Position numbers and translations under genes: made by a program. The notes under the pieces were generated by a model. It was not told the origin of the DNA. It searched no databases and was given only the letters and a program-made list of their open reading frames with translations. DNA of 64,000 bases, from IMG/VR virus record IMGVR_UViG_3300025389_000010, positions 128,001-192,000 of that record, one strand, 5' to 3'. This DNA is from a virus (taxonomy: Duplodnaviria; Caudoviricetes). Below are positions 57,837-64,000 of the stretch, one piece after another. Each line of letters opens with the position of its first letter. The first letter of the stretch is position 1.

Positions 57837-59624
57837 ATGAATTCCAGAGACGATAAAAATTTAAAAAAAATTTATGCTTCTATTATAAACGAAGCGATAA
57901 AAAAACCCGCCGCATCTGAGTCTGAACATGAATGGACAAGCAAAGAAACACCATCAGCACCAAAATCTTCTGCACCTTCTATAGATACTAAAAAAACATT
58001 TGGTAGTCTCAAAGGTGATTTGGATGCAATTAATTCTGTTTTTTCTGATTTAGATAAACAAGAAACAAAATCTGGTTTCCGTATTCCGGAAGTAAAGTTA
58101 CCACAGGCTTCACTTTCAAAACATATGAATGCTGGTATTGGGAATTTTAAAAGATATAAGAAGGGTGAATTACCACAGTGGGGAAGAAGACAAGTTGAAA
58201 GATTAACAGAATTGGCATACAAATATAAAAAATCTTTCATGATATATGGTGAAGCCGGTATTGGTAAAAGTGATATTGTAAGAGAGCAGTGTGAAAAAAT
58301 AGCAAAAAAAATAGGAAAAAGATTTGTTGATTGGGGTAAAATGAACGATCAACAAAGAGATGTTATTATTCAAAATCCAGAACATTTTTTTGTTGTGATG
58401 GAATTTAACATGAGTGAACAGGCAGATACCACTGATATTAAAGGTACACCAAAATTTGAACTCTCTGCAACCGAAAAAGATAAAACTTATTCCGTATGGG
58501 TTCCATCACAACAGGTTGATTTCTTAAGACAAGAAAATGCAGATGGTGTATTATTCTTGGACGAAGTTCTTCATAGGTCATTTGCAAAACCTTTATTGTT
58601 TAAACTTCTTAGAGAACGTCAAATGGGAACCATGCCCATTTCTAAAAAATTAGGAATAGTAGCTGCTGGTAATACAGCAGAGTATGGTGATTATGAAGAA
58701 GTTGAAGCACTACATAAACCAGTCAGAACAAGATTTTCATTAGGTGTTGGTATACTTGTTGCAAATCCTAGAGAATGGGCAGATTGGGCAGCATCAAAAG
58801 GAATAGATCCTGTTGTTATTGGATTTGCTTTGTCAGAACCAGCAAAGACATTTTTAATACAACCTGATCCGAATTTATCACCAGACGAAGAGTCAAAAGT
58901 TCCCGGTTATAAACCTATAGAAGATAGAATCGGAAAAAGTCCCGGTTATCCAAGCCCAAGATCAATTGTCGATTTTTCAGCAGAATATGCAATAATGTCA
59001 AATTTATTAGATGAATATGAAAAAACCGGTGATAGTTCTATTCTGGATAGTCCAGAATTCAGAGGATATTCCGGTAAAGACTTTTTTAAAGATGCAGTTT
59101 GGGATTCAGCAGCAGCACATTGCGGAGCTACATGGGCAGATGAATTTATAACTTATCTTAAAACGTGGGGTCTCATAGATTTAAAAACATTGATGGCGGA
59201 TAAAAATTTACATAAAACTATAAAAACCAATAAAGATAATGAATTTACATCTTCAAAATTATCACAAATTGGTCTTAAGTTGGGAGCAATTGCAAGACAA
59301 GTTATAGATGATATTAATTCTGGAAAAATAAAAGAAGCACACGATGATGCTGTTTTTCTTACTAAAGCAATTCATCATATATTCATATCGGTGTTTAAGG
59401 CAGGACATAATGAACATGCAAAAAATACGTGGCAATTTGTTATCAATTCAATGAAATCATCAATTGAAGAAGAAACACAAATGAATTCAAATACTATTAG
59501 TAGATTAATTATGGAATATATGAAAGGATTAAAAGATGATGAAAAAATAGAATTTGCAACAGCATTTAAAGGACAAAAATCAATAACCATAGATCAAAAT
59601 GATCTTTTCAAAAGCTTCAAATAA
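57837..59624 (+). CDS. MoxR-like AAA+ ATPase
   Basis: GEAGIGKS Walker A, LFLDE Walker B, VAAGN, PVRTRF, SPRS. Confidence 0.85.
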   Translation: MNSRDDKNLKKIYASIINEAIKKPAASESEHEWTSKETPSAPKSSAPSIDTKKTFGSLKGDLDAINSVFSDLDKQETKSGFRIPEVKLPQASLSKHMNAGIGNFKRYKKGELPQWGRRQVERLTELAYKYKKSFMIYGEAGIGKSDIVREQCEKIAKKIGKRFVDWGKMNDQQRDVIIQNPEHFFVVMEFNMSEQADTTDIKGTPKFELSATEKDKTYSVWVPSQQVDFLRQENADGVLFLDEVLHRSFAKPLLFKLLRERQMGTMPISKKLGIVAAGNTAEYGDYEEVEALHKPVRTRFSLGVGILVANPREWADWAASKGIDPVVIGFALSEPAKTFLIQPDPNLSPDEESKVPGYKPIEDRIGKSPGYPSPRSIVDFSAEYAIMSNLLDEYEKTGDSSILDSPEFRGYSGKDFFKDAVWDSAAAHCGATWADEFITYLKTWGLIDLKTLMADKNLHKTIKTNKDNEFTSSKLSQIGLKLGAIARQVIDDINSGKIKEAHDDAVFLTKAIHHIFISVFKAGHNEHAKNTWQFVINSMKSSIEEETQMNSNTISRLIMEYMKGLKDDEKIEFATAFKGQKSITIDQNDLFKSFK

Positions 59625-59629
59625 TAACA

Positions 59630-60118
59630 ATGAAAAATAACAAAAATCAAATATTAAAAAAACTCGCAGATAGGTATGTCTATGAAAAAGACAGACTTAC
59701 AAACGAAGAATATAATATGCTTGCTGAATCCAGTTTCTACAAGCACATTCTTTATCCAAGAACAAGTGTTTTTGATACACTTGTGGAAACAGCAATAGTT
59801 GATGATGCTCAGTTAAATACTAAGTTTTCCGAACATGAACACGATGGTACATCAAACCCACTTGATGCAGATAGAGAGAAAGTCAGAAAACTTATACAAG
59901 ACGGTATAGAAGTTGAATTTCCCGGTCTTAATCCACATTCAAAAGAATATCCAGATGAAGAATCTGTAAATGTAGATGATTTAAAAGAGTTTATAGCAAG
60001 ATGGGCATATTTACATATTCATCATAAATTAACCTTATCAAAAATACATAGTATATTATCTCGTAATGATACCGTAGAACATATCATGCACGATTTATTC
60101 TCAACAGCTGGTATATAA
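59630..60118 (+). CDS. Hypothetical protein
   Basis: ORF track; same operon. Confidence 0.55.
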   Translation: MKNNKNQILKKLADRYVYEKDRLTNEEYNMLAESSFYKHILYPRTSVFDTLVETAIVDDAQLNTKFSEHEHDGTSNPLDADREKVRKLIQDGIEVEFPGLNPHSKEYPDEESVNVDDLKEFIARWAYLHIHHKLTLSKIHSILSRNDTVEHIMHDLFSTAGI

Positions 60119-60119
60119 A

Positions 60120-60941
60120 ATGGAAAAGGAATTTGATAAAAACTATCATTTTAAAATTGTTCTAAAAACACTAATCGAACATTTCAATGAAATGGTAGAG
60201 GATGATAACGGATTTGAAAGGTTTTATGTAGATCCGGAGTTTATTAAAATGCGTTATGTCAATGACCATATTGATCAAAACGATAGAAAATTAATCGATT
60301 CAATAAAAGACCCAAAAGAAAAAAATAAGCTCATCAAAGATTATGTAAAAGCAAAGTATTTCGGTAGATACATATCACACCTTCATAATGTAAAAATAAG
60401 AATAACCCAATCAGGACATTTACAGATTCATACAGAAAATGATATCGGAGTTATACATATTGGTAACAAACTTGCATTTGATCATTTACCGGTAATAATA
60501 GATTCTTTTACAGGCGGTGGAACACTTGATGTTTCCAGTAATGAATTAAAATCACTTGTCAATTTACCCAAAGAAGTAATGGGCAACTTTGATTGTTCCC
60601 ATAATGAACTAACAACACTAGAAGGTGGCCCTACTATAGTAGCGGGTGATTATAATTGTGCAGATAACCCATTACAAAACTTAAATGGTGTACCGCAAAA
60701 AATAAATGGTAAATTCACTTGCAGTTTAGACCCTGAAGCAATAGGTTGGGACCAAATACCAATGGCAAAAGAATATCATCTTGCAACATCCAGCGGTAAA
60801 ATATATTCAAACGATGATATTAAAAAAAATATAGGTCGTGCAAAAAGAACAAATTCAATCAAGGCAAGTGCGGAATCCGGTACAGACGTAGATAAAGACT
60901 TTGCAAGTACATTTGCAGATTACATGAGTAAGGTAACCTAA
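60120..60941 (+). CDS. Leucine-rich-repeat-like protein
   Basis: DVSSNELKSL.NLP, FDCSHNELTTLEGGP, YNCADNPLQNLNGVP. Confidence 0.7.
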   Translation: MEKEFDKNYHFKIVLKTLIEHFNEMVEDDNGFERFYVDPEFIKMRYVNDHIDQNDRKLIDSIKDPKEKNKLIKDYVKAKYFGRYISHLHNVKIRITQSGHLQIHTENDIGVIHIGNKLAFDHLPVIIDSFTGGGTLDVSSNELKSLVNLPKEVMGNFDCSHNELTTLEGGPTIVAGDYNCADNPLQNLNGVPQKINGKFTCSLDPEAIGWDQIPMAKEYHLATSSGKIYSNDDIKKNIGRAKRTNSIKASAESGTDVDKDFASTFADYMSKVT

Positions 60942-61096
60942 AAGTCTTCCTTTGACAAAACAACAGTACTATAAGGAAAACAACATCCTGCTCCAACCGT
61001 ATAATACCATCTTCCACCATAATTGGGCTTATAATACTTAATATCCCTGCAAGTACAACCGGACAACATTACCAAACAGACAAAAAATTTTTTCAT
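60938..61096 (-). CDS. Small lipoprotein (52 aa)
   Basis: My translation: MKKFFVCLVMLSGCTCRD...EDF*; lipobox LSGC. Confidence 0.55.
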   Translation of the reverse strand: MKKFFVCLVMLSGCTCRDIKYYKPNYGGRWYYTVGAGCCFPYSTVVLSKEDF

Positions 61097-61153
61097 ATAT
61101 CCATTATAGGATATTTCAAAAACCTAACAGTATCAAGATAAATATATTATAAC

Positions 61154-61456
61154 ATGAAAAACAAAGATCAAATTATATTAGAACATTTATATAGTGAAAT
61201 GTTAGATTCCCATGACGAGTTAGATTCCCATGATGAAAAAGATTTTTTAGCTGATAAACATAATTTATTACAAAAATTAAGAGAATATTTTGCTATAATG
61301 AAAAATGAACATATAGAAAAAAATATAAAATTTATAGAAGATCTTGGTGAACTTTGTTGCAAAAATAATCCAGATGACCCTGCGGGTAAAGAAATAAAAT
61401 CATTAGTACGTAGCATGAAAGCAATGTATAAACTTAAAAACGATTATCATCAATAA
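61154..61456 (+). CDS. Protein with KDQIILEHLY leader
   Basis: ORF track; TAAATA upstream; short LDSHDE tandem repeat. Confidence 0.55.
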   Translation: MKNKDQIILEHLYSEMLDSHDELDSHDEKDFLADKHNLLQKLREYFAIMKNEHIEKNIKFIEDLGELCCKNNPDDPAGKEIKSLVRSMKAMYKLKNDYHQ

Positions 61457-61463
61457 GATATAA

Positions 61464-62330
61464 TCACATTACGAATATCTTCCCAATTGCACTTGCTATC
61501 AGATCTTCTATGGCATAACGTATGGAAGACTCGTAATCTTCTATAAGCTGTTGAATATCATCACTTTCATCCGTAGAACGTCTTTTATATGGACCCTGCG
61601 GATGACCCCATGCATATCGAAGTGCCAACATATTGGGTAAATCACGGTTAAACCTTACAGTTCCTGTTATTATATACTGGGCAATAACTTCATTGGTAAA
61701 CTCCGCATCGTTTCTTAAATTCTTATCCCTTGCAGATTTAAATGTGCCAAGAGCATGGGCAACCTCAAGTTTTATCTTATCCTTGCGCCTATCATATTGC
61801 CCATAATTTTGCTTTACATTGGAACCGTAAATCTTATCCGCTATCTTTGATATAAGTTGTTGAACATTGCCTTCCACCAATTTATACGGTGTCATGGAAT
61901 TATATTTCATATAATCCTTTGATTTTCTCAAGGCATGACCAAATCTATGAGCCAAAGTCCATGCAGTAGCAGGAACCTTTTCGCTTCCTTTGTTATTAGT
62001 ATAAATTATGGTTATATTATCAGGATTAAAGTCAATATCTAATTTAAGATTATCCTTTACCCATTGTTCCGATACCTCCCCAACTTCTGTATGTTTCCAT
62101 CCTTCCTTCGTAGAAACCAAATACATATCAACATCTTCCGGTAATTTACTCCAAAGATTCTTAATCTTTTCCACACCGGAAGGAGAAGTCACAATACCTC
62201 TACTAGCCTTGTCCCAACCCCTTGGTTTATCCTTTGGTTCCCATTCTCCTATTCTCTCAAATGTATTTATAGGAGCCTCTTTTATTAATTTATAGGTTTC
62301 TCCCAATAAAAACTGATCTTTATCTCGCAT
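61464..62330 (-). CDS. Protein with KDQFLLGETY leader (possible zincin: WTLAHRFGH)
   Basis: ORF track; TAAATA upstream. Confidence 0.55.
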   Translation of the reverse strand: MRDKDQFLLGETYKLIKEAPINTFERIGEWEPKDKPRGWDKASRGIVTSPSGVEKIKNLWSKLPEDVDMYLVSTKEGWKHTEVGEVSEQWVKDNLKLDIDFNPDNITIIYTNNKGSEKVPATAWTLAHRFGHALRKSKDYMKYNSMTPYKLVEGNVQQLISKIADKIYGSNVKQNYGQYDRRKDKIKLEVAHALGTFKSARDKNLRNDAEFTNEVIAQYIITGTVRFNRDLPNMLALRYAWGHPQGPYKRRSTDESDDIQQLIEDYESSIRYAIEDLIASAIGKIFVM

Positions 62331-62383
62331 TAATATATTTATACATTGACAATAATATATTACATGATAATATAAGCAAAACT

Positions 62384-62902
62384 ATGAACGAAGAAATCTG
62401 GAAAGACATATCAGGATATGAAGAAAAATATCAAGTATCCTCTCAAGGCAGAGTAAGAAGCTATAAGAAGTTTTCAAATTCCTATAAAATATTAAAGCCA
62501 TATTATGTTAATGGATACCCCAAAATTATCCTAAGTCTCAATAATACCGTTAAGAAATACAGAATACACAGGCTAATAGCAGAGGCATTTATTCCAAATC
62601 CTCACAATAAACCCTGTGTAAACCATATAAACGGTATCAAAGACGATAACAGAATGGAAAACCTAGAATGGGTAACATATTCTGAAAATATGAAACACGC
62701 CTTTAAAACCGGCCTTTTTATTCCCAAAACAGGCATAGAAAACAAAAAGTCCAAAAGATTATTAGTCTTTAAAGACGGAAACCACATAGCCACCCTTTAT
62801 GGCTTAAAAGAACAAAAGGAATTCGGACTAAATGCCTGTAACATTTACCAATGTCTTAAAGGTATTATAAAGCAACATAAGGGATATACTTTTAAGAGAT
62901 AG
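62384..62902 (+). CDS. NUMOD4-HNH homing endonuclease
   Basis: EIWKDI.GYE..YQVSS.GRVRS; HRLIAEAF; VNHINGIKDDNR.ENLEW. Confidence 0.9.
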   Translation: MNEEIWKDISGYEEKYQVSSQGRVRSYKKFSNSYKILKPYYVNGYPKIILSLNNTVKKYRIHRLIAEAFIPNPHNKPCVNHINGIKDDNRMENLEWVTYSENMKHAFKTGLFIPKTGIENKKSKRLLVFKDGNHIATLYGLKEQKEFGLNACNIYQCLKGIIKQHKGYTFKR

Positions 62903-63072
62903 GTATACGCCCCCTTATATAGAAGGTATACCCCATACCCCACCCCTATATAGGGGGGCACTGCCCCCAAACAAACTTTGTTTTACAAATCGCCTAATAG
63001 CAAATTTTTGCAGATGGGGTCTGTTTTTACACTTTGTTTTACAAATCACTCGATTTTTTTCCGACCCTGTGC

Positions 63073-63107
63073 AAAAAAAAACCCGATCCATTTCTGGATC
63101 GGGTCTT
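63073..63107 (-). terminator. Terminator of the RHH gene
   Basis: CCCGATCC/GGATCGGG hairpin followed by a T-run on the minus strand. Confidence 0.8.
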
Positions 63108-63125
63108 GTGTGAGGTGCTTCTGGC

Positions 63126-63344
63126 TTATGCCTTTGCCTTGGCCTTGGGCTTGGAAGCCTTGGGCTTCTCGGCAGGTGCAGGGGTGGCCTTGCTCTGGAC
63201 ATACTGACGGAGGACATGGACGATGAGCTTGGACAGGGTGACATCGAACATCTCGCCTTTGGCGATCTCTTCGAGGCTGGCCTTGAGTTCGTCCTCGCAA
63301 CGGAAGGTGACCATTGAGGACTTCTGCTTGATTGTGGCTGACAT
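63126..63344 (-). CDS. Ribbon-helix-helix (Arc/CopG-like) DNA-binding protein
   Basis: MVTFRCEDELKASLEEIAK...LSKLIVHVLRQYV plus a Lys/Ala/Pro tail; GC-rich codons. Confidence 0.7.
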   Translation of the reverse strand: MSATIKQKSSMVTFRCEDELKASLEEIAKGEMFDVTLSKLIVHVLRQYVQSKATPAPAEKPKASKPKAKAKA

Positions 63345-63416
63345 GGGCGTTTGTGTTTTTGGGTTACGGCAAGCGTGACCGGCGTTGTGCTGGTGCGTTC
63401 CGATTGCCATATTGAA

Positions 63417-63445
63417 AGACTAGTCTCGTGCCTTTCGTTGGTCAA
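63417..63445 (-). promoter_or_regulatory. Sigma70-type early promoter
   Basis: TTGACC-17 nt-TAGTCT. Confidence 0.6.
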
Positions 63446-63662
63446 CGACTATTTTCGTTGCCCTTCACTTTTTTTCTAGGGTGCAAAGTCGGTGTGTGAA
63501 ACGGGGTTGTATTTTTACAGGGTGTGGCATTACCGCAGAGGTTGGTTTTCAGGAACGATTTGTAAAACAAAGAATGTTCAAACTTTGTTTTACAAATCGA
63601 AACCGGGCGGAGGGTCTGTGTTTCCCGGTTTCCCGGTTTGAGTCTTGACATCGAAGCAAAAG

Positions 63663-63693
63663 AAAATCCCCATCACCTTTCGATGATGGGGAT
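63663..63693 (-). terminator. Intrinsic terminator
   Basis: ATCCCCATCA/TGATGGGGAT hairpin followed by a T-run on the minus strand. Confidence 0.75.
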
Positions 63694-63718
63694 TACCCGT
63701 TTGCCTTTTCTCTTCTGC

Positions 63719-64000
63719 CTATTCCTTCTCGTTCATCTCTCTCTGCATGAAGTTTAGAATATCCTCCATCCGGTCGGCGGCTTGGTTAGGGCAGTTCCGA
63801 ACAAGGAAGCGACGGACTCGGCTGGCTACTTGATTGCCTCGGCCCATGATATTCTCTGACTTGAATTTCTTTTTGGGCTTGCCTTCGATGATGATCTCTA
63901 GGTCGGCTTGGTCAGGGCAACCTATGCCTTTCCACAGGGTGAGACTGACTGACCATTGACCGGAGCAAAGGGCACGAACGGAGGATTGGGTGTATCGGTT
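63719..64000 (-). CDS. GC-rich hypothetical protein, C-terminal part; enters from right edge
   Basis: My translation is open from 64000 to TAG at 63719 (...WSVSLTLWKG...QREMNEKE*). Confidence 0.55.
   Translation of the reverse strand, partial: NRYTQSSVRALCSGQWSVSLTLWKGIGCPDQADLEIIIEGKPKKKFKSENIMGRGNQVASRVRRFLVRNCPNQAADRMEDILNFMQREMNEKE

Larger units (their letters stand above)
62976..63599. repeat. 17-bp motif CTTTGTTTTACAAATCG in four copies (62976-62992, 63032-63047 16/17, inverted 63556-63572, 63583-63599)
   Basis: Direct sequence comparison; the last two form a 17-bp-arm inverted repeat with a 10-nt spacer. Confidence 0.85.

Noticed and set aside
62915-63651. ORF-track entries 62915-63445, 62978-63226, 63046-63300 and 63442-63651
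   Set aside because: They run across terminators, palindromes and repeat boxes; only the RHH frame (63126-63344) has protein-like features.
1-64000. Stop-codon recoding (common in some large phages)
   Set aside because: Core genes are full-length under code 11, TAA/TAG/TGA all terminate plausible genes, and no suppressor tRNA is present.

Overview
AT-rich segment of a large T4-like (contractile-tail) bacteriophage genome, standard genetic code, no integrase, CRISPR array or reverse transcriptase visible. From left to right: a tail/baseplate module (tape-measure/hub-like gene running off the left edge, gp26/gp51-like hub genes, tail tube gp19 plus a paralog, tail sheath gp18), PhoH, a gp14-like neck protein, a PD-(D/E)XK nuclease and an AAA ATPase. 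Next come class Ia ribonucleotide reductase nrdB/nrdA split by a GIY-YIG endonuclease, and auxiliary enzymes (GNAT, metallophosphoesterases, APS kinase, dCMP deaminase, HAD nucleotidase). A dispersed minus-strand cluster of 13 tRNAs is interleaved with endonucleases, two fucosyltransferase-like genes, a methyltransferase and an unassigned ~200-nt structured RNA. This is followed by a 3337-aa S53-protease/Thr-rich/LamG protein, a 452-nt tmRNA with a 34-codon tag, paralogous small virion-type genes, a Pol-beta-type nucleotidyltransferase and a metallopeptidase-vWA-MoxR ATPase trio. Near 63.1 kb the sequence switches abruptly to GC-rich DNA with an RHH gene and repeated 17-bp motifs. The strongest leads are the structured ncRNA, a shared N-terminal capsid-targeting-like leader on unrelated proteins (including the MoxR system), the long-tag tmRNA, the giant mucin-like protease with possible glycosylation enzymes, and compensatory changes in the tRNA elbows. 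All assignments come from motif reading by eye; no searches were run.
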